A stretch of 64,000 bases of DNA, from the NCBI GenBank assembly GCA_013239625.1, contig MU053520.1:959103-1023102 (forward strand), in the 5' to 3' direction. Shown one piece after another: positions 51,422 through 64,000 of this stretch. Below the pieces are notes generated by a model. That model was not told the DNA's origin, did not search any database, and saw only the letters and a program-made list of their open reading frames with translations. Position numbers and translations under genes: made by a program. Each line of letters begins with the position of its first letter. Within the stretch, counting starts at the first letter, position 1. This DNA is from Lama guanicoe. Lineage: Eukaryota.

Positions 51422-54400
51422 AAAAGGCAACATTAATTAATACATAGCATCTGAAACAGGACAAATTAACTGGGGTCATATGTCAAGCTTAGAAGCTTAA
51501 AGGAATTGCCATAAAGCATCTGTTGATTCAACACTGATGCTGAATCACAGTCAGTTTCTCCGACAAGATAGATGCTTACAAAGAAAAAGCTGGTGTTTCT
51601 CAACAAAATCAGTGTGATGAAATGCTATTTTGTTAATTACAGAAGTTAACACTTCACACTACCAACCATTAGGCAAACGTGATCATTTTTTTCAAGAATA
51701 ACTTATTTTGAATTATTCCACTCTTATGTTAAAGCAATTTTCTTACCAAATTTTGGACTCATTTATTTAGTTGCTTTTAATTTAGACATACACCAAAGGT
51801 AATATGTTTATATGTCTTTTCTGACATTTTGATTACTTACCTCTAAAAAAAAAACTGTATGTTGTATTTCACAGGAACTCTTTAATTCAAACATAACATC
51901 CTTTATTGTAAGTTATTTTAATTCTAACATTGCTCAAAAATTAAAAGCAATAATCACATGCATGGTAATTTATCCAAGCTATATTAAATTAAAAGCCACT
52001 TATGCCAGAAAACTAGTTAGAAAACTGAACTGGGGTTGGGCTTATCATTTCAGCCAATTTCCAGAGGGTGTTCTATTTTATTTTTACACTTCTTTTAATT
52101 TACAAAAGCAGGACACTCAGATTCAATGTCTAGTCCCATCAGACAGGCATGCCTTGGATATGACATTAATGTGAACCAGTAAAAGAAAAACAAAAGGTTG
52201 AAAGATCTTAATTGATCACATCAAGGTCCAAGTATCTTTGTGATAAAGTCAATTGAAGCTAAACTAGAAATCCGAAATTACACTTCACTTAAAAGTTGAT
52301 GGCATTAACGTGGTGATGAGCTTAATGAGTTACTAAGTGAAAATGTCAACAAATCAGTTATGGCAAATTTAACTCTTGTAAAGCCATACCATGCAACAAA
52401 GATAATAATTTCGGACCAAAAAATGTCTCAAAAGGAATTTTCATGGTGATAATCAGATCTTGTGCATTTGTCCTGTGCATTCATAGCAATTGCTTTTCAA
52501 TGGCTCTCCCTAACTCCAGCCTCCTTCTCCTTACTGTCTGCATCTTGTGATGAGTAATGAATGTATAGGAAATATTTGGTGAGCTAGTGCTTCCTCTCAA
52601 ATTTTTAAGAAATATTTGGCAAATACTGGTGTTATCCTATAGCAGAGAGGTTATTTTTCATCAAAGAAAGGCCAAATGCTTTAGAGTTTACTTTTTTCCT
52701 TTCTTACATATACCAGAAATTAAGCTTCAGATTATTTACTTTTATTACTCAGATAAATAATTGAGAATTTCAAATGTGGGTGTTTCTATTTTGATTAGGC
52801 CAGGTCTGATCTGACATGTCCAAGATTTCAGTCTTCAAGCCAGCCAGTATTATGGGACACTCCTACAGCATAATGACACTGTATTTGCTCCTCAAGAGTT
52901 AATATAACAAGATCTGTACATGCTAAAAAAAAAATCTTTTTAAAGGAAAAAAAAGCTGAAGAGCTCTAGCTCACAGCCTCTTTGTTTGGAGTTTATACTA
53001 CCTTGTTATCCAAGTTTGCATTCTGAGAATAGGAAAAAAATTACTCTCTAAAGTTCTAAACTAAATTAAAAAAAAACTTGCCCTGTATGTGATTATTGAA
53101 CTTACTGTAATTTAATTAGGAGAGTTATAGCTAGATGCCACATTTGTCCCATAGCTTCTGCTCTGAGCAAGTAGTAAGTGGGCCATATCATTTAATTCTC
53201 ACCCTAGACCCCAATTCAAACCAGTAGCTTGTCTACCCATACAGAGCCAGGCACCACTCTGAGAACAGAAATCTCTCTGTGTTCATACTGCATCACAAAA
53301 TGATACTTACAAACTTGAGGTTCGGAACCATTCAGATATTTCAAACAACTCCAACCTTAGCTTATGTGGAGAGCTAGAACAGTGGAAATAACATCTAAAT
53401 ACCTCTTAATCTTTTATTACATCTGAAATAAATTGAAAATGTTAAAAGATAAAGAAACAAAACAAAAACGTTGGCTGGTCCTGCTCTCTTGATATCCTGG
53501 AACTCTGGAAACTTCTGTCTCAATCAGATGAAAGCTAGCCTAGGTCGGAGGGACAACTCTGATTTCAGGAGGATACTAACAGGGTCCTGTGCTCATATGA
53601 GGGCGTTATCCACAGACAAACTGTACTGCATCATCTAAGCCTGTATAGCTTCTCTAAGTCAGCAATTTTACAAATGCCCTTTTTTGGGTGAGAGGATCAT
53701 GATAATGAAGATGAACTTGATCCATGGACATTGCTGCGTGCATTCCCCTAATACAGAGAATATACTAAGTTCCCCAATGGTGGTGACAGTGGAGACAACA
53801 GAGGTCCTTGCAGTCTGAATAAGACTCAGAAAGACAGAGAGACACTGAGTAATAAAGACACTCAACTCTAAAGCACTATTCTATTTGGCTTACAGTTAAG
53901 ACCAATAGTTATTTGGATTACTGGTCTAGGGACACAGATGCCCAGTGTCCAATCTAAGTGTGTAACAATATTTATTACAGTGCCTAAGGTACCTAAGCCA
54001 TGTCAGCCTATAGCCTACTTAGCCTTGTATAGCCTAAATCTTAGCCTCTTTTATCCACAACAGAAAGTTGACTGAGGCAATAGCCTAAGTACACATACAC
54101 TGTTCACTCACATTTGCAGTGAGGCATTTAATAGGTCAGCAGCAGTCCTGGAGCCCAAGACCAGCATCTCAAGACTATGGGCATATTTTACTAAAGGATT
54201 TTTTTTTTTTTAGTGATCTTACTTATTTCATATGCTCTCCCCATATTTGCTCAATCTAAGTTACCAATGGTCATTATTAGTTACCTGGTGCAACAGTGAT
54301 AAAGAGTTCTGCAGGAAAGAGGAGAGAATGGATAATCTAAATATATTAATATTTGCCAATAGAGTAAGTTTTTTTATAGAAATATCAAATCATTTTATAG

Positions 54401-54704
54401 AAAAAGCAAGTATTCTTCCTTATTTTTATTAATTCATAATTGAATTAACTTTGAAGTTTTGGACTAATAAAAGTTCTAAATAACATGCCTGAATAATTCT
54501 AGAACATAAAAATTTAATAAATACAGGGATAAGGTGACTATAAATCATTCATAAAATGACAAATTCTTAATTTAGTACTCTTTAAAATGCTTAATAAAAT
54601 GTTAATGTCAGAGGTAACCATTTTAGAACCCTGTGCAGTGTGAAATTCTTAGCTTATTCTCGGATCACCTTATTTTAGAAATGCAGGCAACATGGATGGT
54701 CTAG

Positions 54705-55270
54705 TCCAGGCTTTCTCAAAGTCTGTTCCACAGTCCCTTGTAACATCTCTATGAAAAATGCCCACTGGTTAATAGCTTTGAGAAACCTTGCATAGAATTC
54801 TTTTCTGGTCAGAGATTTATACAGTAGTAGGTATATTAAAGGAATGGGAAATCTTGTAATGAGGAAATCTTTAACCTTGAAAGGAAATACAGCATAATAG
54901 TTTAAAAGGCCATGGATTCTGGAACTAAATTGCATGGGGGAAGCCCAGCTTTGGCTTCTTAGTGGTTTTGTGAACTTGAGGTAGCTGCTTGACCTTTCTG
55001 TGTCTGCTTCCTGAAATAAAGATTATAGTAGCATCTACTTCAAATACTGCTCATGTGAGAATTTAAAGGAGTTAATACATATGGAAACATGCTTAGTATC
55101 TGACACATCGCAAACATCATAGAACATTTTAGTTGTCATTTCTCAGATTTAACTGACCCTGTATGTGTGTGTTTTAATGGCCCAAAGAACATGAACTTGT
55201 CCAAGATCATTTTTAAAAAGGGAAAACCACATTCACACACACACACACAAATCTTATTACAGGGATTCCC
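54705..55270. mobile_element. MER103C-like element interrupted by a MIR (~54890-55135)
   Basis: CAGGCTTTCTCAAAGTCTGTTCCACAG...TATATTAAAGG; MIR-like CAGCATAATAGTTTAAAAG...TGTGAACTTGAGGTAGCTGCTTGACCTTTCTGTG. Confidence 0.55.
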
Positions 55271-56274
55271 AAGGAGTAGCTGACAGACGGGACTAGGGCT
55301 CAGACCTCCTTCATCTCTATCTAGTCCTAGTGCATGGTGTCATTTCCAGTTTTCAGCTCTCTGTTTTCTAGACTAAAGCGCCTTCCGCCTTTTATGTTCC
55401 CATTCCTTACAGGGAGTTAATTGATCTGTATGAACTTCATCTTCCCCTAAATTTCAAAACCCCAACATTTTTGAAATTTATGGGCAATATCTTGAAGTTT
55501 CAGAAAGGGTTTCAAAATCTTCCCTAAAATTTTCATGATAAATTGATATTGTTCAGTATTGGAGAAAAAATGTATGTCTAAGCTTTGCAGAATTTTCTAG
55601 TGTTTATATTATAAATATATTTGGAGGAAAATGAAATCTATGGGTTTTTTTTTCTGTGAAGATTTTTTTTTAATAGAAGGGCCATTAAAGAAATGGTTTT
55701 GGTTTTATTTTCTTTTTCACAAGGTTCCTCAAAGTCTAGTTGCTTTCTTTTCTTTCTGATATTGTTCCTGCTCCTCCTGTACCAGAGACCCAGGCTTCAA
55801 ATAGCACTGCAGCTTTAAATGAAAACAACCGGAGTCATTGCCCTGGCAACGGAACCTCATAAAGTCCCCACACAGCACTTCTAATTCCACAAGGCTTGAA
55901 ACTAAATAGCATGGAGGTTGGAGCTCTGGCCTTGGACTCTTTCAGTAAAAGAATTCATTGAAATTGCTATTACAATTAGGCTGTTTCATGTGAGAGCAGA
56001 GTGTGGGAACCTCAGATATCTACTGTGAATGTGACAAATGTAGATTTGTGCAAATGAATCACATTTGGTCACATGACCAACTCTAGGTAAACATCTGCTC
56101 TTTACATTTTTTAATGGAAACTGAGTTTGAGGAAGCCTCACACTTTAGGCTGTAAGGAATAAAATCTGTGATACTGGAAAACTCACCATATGTCTTCCAC
56201 TCCTAAGCATCTTTCTTTTTTTTTTTTAACTTTAGTTCTCAAACTTCCTCTCTTAGGCATATGACAAAAAATAC

Positions 56275-56600
56275 NNNNNNNNNNNNNNNNNNNNNNNNNN
56301 NNNNNNNNNNNNNNNNNNNNNNNNNNNNNNNNNNNNNNNNNNNNNNNNNNNNNNNNNNNNNNNNNNNNNNNNNNNNNNNNNNNNNNNNNNNNNNNNNNNN
56401 NNNNNNNNNNNNNNNNNNNNNNNNNNNNNNNNNNNNNNNNNNNNNNNNNNNNNNNNNNNNNNNNNNNNNNNNNNNNNNNNNNNNNNNNNNNNNNNNNNNN
56501 NNNNNNNNNNNNNNNNNNNNNNNNNNNNNNNNNNNNNNNNNNNNNNNNNNNNNNNNNNNNNNNNNNNNNNNNNNNNNNNNNNNNNNNNNNNNNNNNNNNN
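56275..56600. other. assembly gap (N run) with duplicated flanks
   Basis: Run of N; the ~60 bp before the gap is repeated after it. Confidence 1.
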
Positions 56601-56941
56601 TTTTCTTTTTTTTTTTTTTTCTTTTACTTTAGTTCTCAAACTTCCTCTCTTAGGGTATATGACAAAAAAGACACAAATTGTAAAAACTTCTTTAGTAGAA
56701 GGAACATGAAAGTGTTAGTTCAAATCCCCATTCCTTTTATTATTCAGTATTGTGCATTATCACATAGATTGGAAGTTGAAATTTGGAAATGCAGCCATGT
56801 AGTAGCTACTTCCTCACTCCATAGTCAATCCTACGCCAGTGGCTGGAGTTCATTCATTCACTGAGTCACTTGTGCATGAAAGTAAAGTGAAGCAGGTGTG
56901 CCTGTTGTGTTTGCTGCATTAGAGGTTCAACATGATGGAAC

Positions 56942-57556
56942 TGATACAGGAAAAAGGGGTGAGAAAGGAGGGCCATGTCCCAGACCTCAGGCGAGTCCCT
57001 GGAACATGCCCCATCAAGTGAGGGTCCTTGGCTTTGCACAGGAAAGAATTCAAGAGTGAGTCATGGTAGAGTGAAGGTAGATTTGTTCGGAGGGACACAT
57101 ACTCCATAGACAGAGTGTGAGCTGTCTCAGAAGCCCAGAGAGGCCAAGAGCCATGGGGATGTGTGTTTAGTTTAAAGTAAAAGTGGATACACACTCTAGA
57201 TAGAACCCAGGTCATCTCAGAAGGTAAGAGAGCAACCACAAGGTGCGGGGTTGTCAGTTTTCATGGGCTCCATGACTTCATGAGCTGACAAGTGGGAGGA
57301 TTATTCTAGCTGCCTTGGGGAAGGGGCTGGGGATTCCCAATTCAAATTAGGGCATCACCCACTTTTTGACCTTTTAGGATCAGCCTCAGAACCTTCCTGG
57401 TGCCTGTGGGAGTGCCATTTAGTGTGCTAATATGTTACAATGAGTGTACAATGAGGCTCAAGGTCTCTGGGAGTGGAATCTTCTACCCTCTTGGGCCTCA
57501 AGTTCTACGGAAGTTGAATCTTTAATGGTTGTGCCCTGACCCCTTCCCTCCTGTCA
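56942..57556 (-). mobile_element. ERV1-class solo LTR (MER31/MER4-group-like)
   Basis: TGATACAGGA...TCCTGTCA termini and GGGTCCTTGGCTTTGCACAGGAAAGAATTCAAGAGTGAG. No clean TSD found. Confidence 0.75.
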
Positions 57557-58444
57557 CAGAGTTGTTAATGCATGGTAATGGTTGTATTATAACATTCTTT
57601 TGAGGATTTTAGCAAAAAATATGCAAATGAATATAAATAAAACCCCCATTCTCCCTCCTTCTCCCTTCCTAACCTACTTGAGATCCCTTTGCTACAAATT
57701 AAGCTTGGCCTATGAGTGAGGGAGGGAAAAATTCTTTGAAGGCAATCAGGGAGTTTTGTTTTTTTTCCTTCAGATGAAAGCTGTGTTATGAAATTGTTAG
57801 CATGAATGAAATTCAAAGGTAAATGAATTAATTAATGTTGATATTCACATAGCACAGGTAATATTTTTGCTTTAATTGATCTAGCTTTAGTGGAAATTAT
57901 ATGGTTTTGCTGCACTGCAGTCCAAGTCTTGGCTGGAATAGAAATACGAAATTTATAAGCATTCTGGTAAGAGAAGGGAAAAAATTTCCAGCTTGAATTA
58001 TATGTCTCTTCCTCAGTTCCAACTGTGAGAGATGATGATATGACTAGAAAATATGGATAGAAGCAAGCAGAAAACATGAATTAGGGTAGACGTCCAATGT
58101 GTAGGAACCAGCAGACTTTAAATGTATAAAGATCTAACCCTAATCCCCACCCTGTCCCATCCTAAGATCATTTAAGTTGAATGTTGTCTATTCTGAAAAA
58201 AAAAATTAGTTCAAACATATGTACGCACTGTTATGGAACCACTGGTAAAAACTGACCCCCAAAGTCTAAAAGCCCTCCTCTCTACTCCACCTGCCACAAA
58301 CCTTCAGACATGCTGAAGTAGGAGTGTCTCACATTTCTCCTGCAATTAGGGAATCAGATCAGACTTAGCCAACAGAAGGATCTCACCTTTCTTTTCTCTT
58401 TGGTAACTCTTCCTCCTGTTAATGTTTGGTCTGCCTTTGCTTGG

Positions 58445-58892
58445 TGTATTAGTGTCCTGTGGCTGCTGTAATAAATTGCAAACCAGGTGGGCTAAACAAC
58501 AAAGAATGTATTCTCCCTCCTATGGTTCTGGAAATCAAATCTCCAAATCACAGTATCAGCAGGTGATACTCCTATAGGTCTAGAGAAAACTCTGTTCCTT
58601 GTCTCTCCTTAGCTGTTGGTCCTTTCAGGTGTCTCTGAGTTTATGACGACATCACCTCAGTCTCTGCCTCGATGTTCATGCCACGTCCTTCTCTCCTCTC
58701 TTCCGCCTGTTTTACAAAGATGCATGGGATTGCATTCAGGATCATTAGAGCTGCTTTTCTCAAAATCCTTACCTTAATTACATCTTTTGCCATTGTAAGG
58801 TACTATTTATTCTTTGGCCATATAAGGGTCACGGGTTCTGGGGATTAGGGCATTGATATATCGTTTTTGGAAGTCACCATTCAACCCACTAT
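58445..58892 (-). mobile_element. MLT1C-like MaLR LTR
   Basis: TGTATTAGTGTCCTGTGGCTGCTGTAATAAATT...GGTTCTGGGGATTAGG...CACCATTCAACCCACTA. Confidence 0.85.
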
Positions 58893-59814
58893 TTTTGGAT
58901 AGGTTGCTAGAGTGGAAAAATCAAGATTGCTTTCATCGGAGCACATTGTGGCTTCATACCCCACACGGTGAAGAGGACGTCATGGTTTCTGGGCTGCAGT
59001 GCTGGACAGTAGCCACAATAGCTTTCTTTGACCACTGGCCCCTTGGAAGCCTGAATGGACAGTGTATCAGGTGCTAAAGTAATTAAAACTGCCTAGAATA
59101 ATCATTCATGTCGAGGACCCCTCTCTTGTTCTTATATCCCCCTGAAACTGAGTACTAATTCTGTATTTGCTGGGTTTTATGTATTGTATCTCCCACATTA
59201 AACTTCTGCAGGGCAGTAATTATGCCTTCTTCATATTGATGTAACTTGTGCCCCAACACATTAGTTGATTTTTAGTAAATGTGTGTTGAACTGAACTGAA
59301 ATCAAAATTAGCAAGACATCTAGTCTTTTGAAAGAAGTACGGCCACTGTGAAGATGACACAGAAGAACCTTTTGTCCTTTTAGTCCACAATATAAGAGTG
59401 TCTTTCTTCTCTTCCTAGGATACACATGGCATTAGAGATCTCCTTGTCTTTCTGTGTTGTTCCATTTGTTGAGACTTATTGATTGCCAGTCATGCCTAAA
59501 TTATATGTTTCTCTTTCTTCTCAAACACAATCAGTACACACACTCATGAAAATTACCAAGGAGTTTATTGATTTTGTGTTTTCAATATCCTGGGATGTTC
59601 CCTTTAAGTCACTTGGAGGAGTACCCTTTTTGAATGCTTGATAGTAAAGTGATGCAAACAGGCAGCCAGAGCTATAAGACAGCCCTCCCACCTCCTGCAA
59701 TCAGCCACGCTACAAATGCCTATAGTTTCTTTAAAAGATGGGACGGTTTGGGCAGACGAAAGGAATGGACACCAGCTTCCGCAGAGGGGAAAGAAATCTC
59801 AGGGCATTTTCATT

Positions 59815-60065
59815 CTTTTTTTTTTTTCAAATTTTAGATTTATTTTTTACTGAGATAACATTGGTTTATAACATTATGTTTCATGTGTGCAGCATTTTAT
59901 TTCTACTTCTGTATACCTGACATTGTGTTCACCACCACAATTTTAGTTTCCATTTGTCACCATTGAGCTAATCCCCTTTACCCCCAACCCCATCCCCTGA
60001 GGTAAACTCTATTCTGCCCTCTGTATTTATATGTTTGTTTGGTTTAGTTTGGTTCAACCATTTTC
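59815..60065 (-). mobile_element. short L1 3' tail
   Basis: T run + ACTGAGATAACATTGGTTTATAACATTATG...TTCACCACCA. Confidence 0.65.
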
Positions 60066-61883
60066 GTATATAAAGGATAACATACTTTGGCTGAAAATGT
60101 CTGTCCCTTTTTATTTTTTCCCTCTGCTACTTATTTTAGTGTGCTATTAGGCTTAGCCATCTAACTGGGTAGATTTAATTCAAAAGGAACTAAATAAACA
60201 GTAATAGTAAGAATTTGAAGTTATTCTTGCTAAAAATCAGTATTGACAGGGCCTAAATACCTTGAAACATACAATTAGCACTCAGAATAATTATACAATA
60301 TACCTAATTTGTGTTTTGCAAGGAATGAAGCTCTGTAGTTAGATTTGAGCTTCAAAAAAAGTACACTGTCATATTTATTTTTTATTCAGTACATTATGCA
60401 AACTGCTTTGTTGTCCTAAGTGTTTGCTTACAATGACCCTGCCCCCAACAGAAATGCCATCACCAGAGAAGAGTAATGGATTAAGAAAGCCTGCAGCCGT
60501 CACCTCCCCAGCATCTCGTTTTTATGTCCACACAAAGCTGCAGGCATTTTAACAACTGGGGAGCTCAAGAAATTCTGTTAGGTGATGCCAGTCATTTCTA
60601 GGAAGCTTTCCTCATTCATCCATCTCCTCAATTTAAGTTTTTATCATGTGGCATTAAAAGCACCTCCTTCATGCTTTATCTACCTGGAAGACCAGGCTTA
60701 GGTGGAATGGTCAGGATGGAGATGAGAGAAGAAAAACAACGATGGAAAGTGTACAGGCAATAGTTTGGATGCTAAGTGATTGCAGACAGGAATCCAAAAC
60801 TTAATTCACATGACAAAAGTAGAACTGTGGATTTACATGGGACAATGGTTGTTCCAAAGAGGACAACAGGGTGTAACTGAAGTACGCAGGCAACCTTGGG
60901 TAAAGCCAACAGCAGCTCACAAGAGACTGACATGGTAGCTAGGACTGGGAAGCAGTGGATGAGATTTGGACCTAGGTTTACCCTGAGCAAACAAATATTG
61001 AAGGAAGCACACATTCATTTGGGAAACTTTCTCTGTGCTTGTGTGTATTGCTGCTCATGACCCCCAAATCACAAACCAGCCATCACCAGTTCACAGAATT
61101 TCATAACAGGTGTTACAGCTTAAACAGAGTAGTCAGATTCAAAAGCTCCAAAACTCCTGTTTCATTCCCCACTTTCACTACCCTGAGACCAGACATTTCA
61201 CCATTGCAAATCCTTGTTCTCAGACAAACTCAAATTACCCTTTTGAGGAAGCTTTACTAATTCAACCATTTCTTCTCTGAGCCTGACCTTTCCCTGTCTC
61301 TAAGCCAATAAAAGACTTTTCGGCTTTGCAATTCAAATAAATCACTCAGAACATAATTGATAAAGAAGTGTTAACTGTGGTTTATTAAGGGGTACACTTT
61401 TACTCCTTGTTTAGGGTGATTTTCAACTATAGCTTTATTATGCTGACTTTTGTTAAAGAAATTGTTGACCAATTAGCTAAATATTTTAATGGTAGTGAAT
61501 CTAAAATATAGTATTTCTTCTGGAGAGCTGTTTTTCAAGACCTGAGGCTATTCCAAATACCTCTTTCTCAAAAGCTCAAGGCCCACAGAAGCAGGCTGAA
61601 ACTATAGTCAAGATCTACAAGAGAACTTGGTTTCTTTTCATTTAAAAATAGGATTCTAGCAGATAAGTGATTTTCAATGACATCAGAGTGAAATTTACCT
61701 ATGAACGACCCAGCAATGTCTAATACATGGTGACATTTTCACCAATTATTTGACACTTTGTCCTCTAGTTAAATAGTTGGACTTTGGTAACAAGAAATAT
61801 GCTTTGAAACATACTGTAAGAGCCAAGGCAATGACAGATCATTTGAAGGTCTTGAGGTAAGCAAGAAAAAGAATGCTTTGTCA

Positions 61884-61997
61884 AAGAAAAAAAAAAGAAA
61901 AGAAAAAGAAAGAAAGAAAGAAAGGAAGGAAGGAAAGAAGGAAGGAAGGAAGGAAAGAAGGAAGGAAGGAATGAAGGAAGGAAGAAAGGAAAAAAAG
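61884..61997 (+). repeat. purine-rich compound microsatellite (A)n(GAAA)n(GGAA)n
   Basis: Direct reading. Confidence 0.95.
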
Positions 61998-62109
61998 CCC
62001 TGGGAATAGATTAACTACATTGCAAAGAATTGGAATTGGCTATATGTTTTACCCAGTTTTTAATCAGTTTTATAGAAGCTTTAAATGTTCAAGTTTCTTC
62101 TCCTCCACC

Positions 62110-62111
<2 letters not shown>

Positions 62112-62143
<32 letters not shown>
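62112..62143 (+). repeat. (TG)n microsatellite
   Basis: Direct reading. Confidence 0.95.
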
Positions 62144-62144
<1 letters not shown>

Positions 62145-63577
62145 AATCTGATTTTGATGAGAATGCGAAGATGGATCTTAAGAGGAAATATATTACTTTT
62201 TCATATTGTACCTGGACCAATGAATCTGAAAACTCCTGGAGACCTATGAAATTGTTGGGTTGACCTTGCAAGTAAATTAAAAAATATCTATCAGTGAGCA
62301 AATGTACTTCCATAATATTACCAGTTTGGAAACCAAATTGAGCATGATGCAGGGAATACTAGTAGCCAAAAAATATTGAAAGTCATTACTGAGGCTTAGA
62401 TTCAACCTTCTCTTTTTCTGTCATCTGTCAAACACGTGAATATTTCCTTCACGATTTTTTGTCAACCATCCTTATGATTCACCAGACTCTTTACTCTTGA
62501 GGGGAAAAAAAAAAAAAGAAAAGACAAACAGCTATAGATTCTTATGTGGACACTAAGATTCTTAAATGCCAACAACCACCATTTGGGTCATTATAGTACA
62601 AACTGCTACAGCAATTGCTGTTCAGTACAACAAATGCCATGTTTGCCTTATACATTATGTTAAGCTCAAGGATGAGCATCATCACACACCATTCTTCTTG
62701 GCCATAACGCATTACTCATTTCATTTCTTAGTGCAATGAGATGACTCTTTTTCATTTAAAAGAAAATTTAATTGGTTCTGTAGCAGATATTTTAACAACT
62801 TATGATTTAAGGTTCATTAGCAGTTAAAACTAAATGAAAATAAAATACTTTTCTGTGAAAAGCAAATCAGCCTTAAGTCTGAAATAGCATTACAGTTAAC
62901 ATGGGAAACATTTTACCTTCATAGATTAAACATTTTGCACTTCCAATCATCTGACCGATTAATTATCATAACTCTCTTAGTCACAAGAACTCACAGTAGG
63001 ACTTTTGATCATAAGGATATCTCAAAAACTTTGTAAATACATAAAACATAATTCCCCCATTAGCATAAGCCACGTATACCTGTATTCACATATACATATC
63101 CCTGGTCACTCTCAAAATTTTGGATGCATCAGTAAAAATTAATATGTAGGTCTTGGGCTAGTGAAAATAAGAGAAAAAGCCCAAAAAGGCAGCAGTGACA
63201 TTTTGCATTCTTTTCAAATTACAGATTCTTAAAATAATTCAAGAATTTAAGAATCAGGGCTTAATCTTTACTTCCTAACCAAAATATGTAATGATCACAT
63301 TACGAAAATTAAATAAAAATGGGACAGATGGCCTGGTAAAGCAACGCAGGCAAAAGATCAAGGATATGTGCAAGGACTGGTTATTTTGATCCAATTACTA
63401 GGCTTTGCAGTTAAAAACAAAACACACACACATACACACACACACACACATCTTCCTTACTCCTTGCCTCTTATATTTCAATACATTCTTTCTTTTCTGA
63501 CTTCAATATTCAGTTTTTTATTATTTATGGTCCACTTTACACTCAGGTCTACCCATCCAAAGCAGAGCTCCTTATAC

Positions 63578-63731
63578 CAGTGGTTTTCAGATTTGGGTTT
63601 ATCTGCATCATCTTGTTAAAACACAAATTTCTGGGCCTATCCTAGACACTCTAGATCAGAAATCTGCGTCTCTAACAGGCTCCCAGTGATGCCAGTTCTG
63701 CTGGTCCACAGACCACACTTGAAGAACCATT
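63578..63731. mobile_element. MER5A-like hAT MITE
   Basis: CAGTGGTTTTCA...TCTAACAGGCTCCCAGTGATGCC...GCTGGTCCACAGACCACACTTGAAGAACCA. Confidence 0.8.
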
Positions 63732-64000
63732 CTCTGACATACATCTCAAAAATGTTCTCCTAGGACAGTCTACCCAAGCAATAGAAATAAAAGCAGGAAT
63801 AAACAAATGGGACCTAATGAAACTTACAAGCTTCTGCACAGCAAAGGAAACCACAAGTAAAACAAAAAGACAACCTACAGATTGGGAGAAAATTTTTGCA
63901 AATGAAACCAACAAATATATAGGCAGCTCATATGACTTAATAAGAAACAACCAAACAACCCAGTCCAAAAATGGGCAGAAGATCTAAACAAGCAATTCTC
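63732..64000 (+). mobile_element. young 5'-truncated L1 ORF2 fragment running off the window
   Basis: Closely matches 31051-31333 (TCTGACATACATCT...CAGTCTACCCAAGCAATAGAAATAAAAGCA...AAACAAATGGGACCTAAT). Confidence 0.92.

Noticed and set aside
53980..54090. Recurring AGCCTA/GCCTAA hexamers
   Set aside because: Irregular spacing and short; low-complexity, not a spacer-repeat array.

Overview
AT-rich mammalian genomic DNA with three N-gaps. It is probably camelid, judging by two Vic-1-like tRNA-derived SINEs and matching young L1 3' ends. It reads as intergenic or deep-intronic: I found no convincing spliced host-gene exon, and most listed ORFs are chance or repeat-derived. Repeats make up much of the window (old and young L1, ERV1 solo LTRs, MaLR/MLT, MIR, DNA-transposon MITEs, microsatellites). 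Four structures stand out. (1) An intronless ATP5MJ (6.8 kDa proteolipid) retrocopy with an intact 60-codon ORF, poly(A) remnant and TSD, at 7.7-8.0 kb. (2) Just downstream, a long inverted repeat of sequence I do not recognise (arms ~8475-8944 and ~9690-10132) with a nested direct duplication. (3) An orphan retroposed 441-bp fragment bounded by a perfect 17-bp TSD inside an old L1 (3330-3804). (4) A probable chimeric insertion in which MLT1 and MIR DNA is fused to a young L1 3' end inside an older L1 (30.4-32.2 kb). Repeat subfamily names come from recall of consensus motifs, not a database search, and repeat boundaries are approximate unless a TSD is given.
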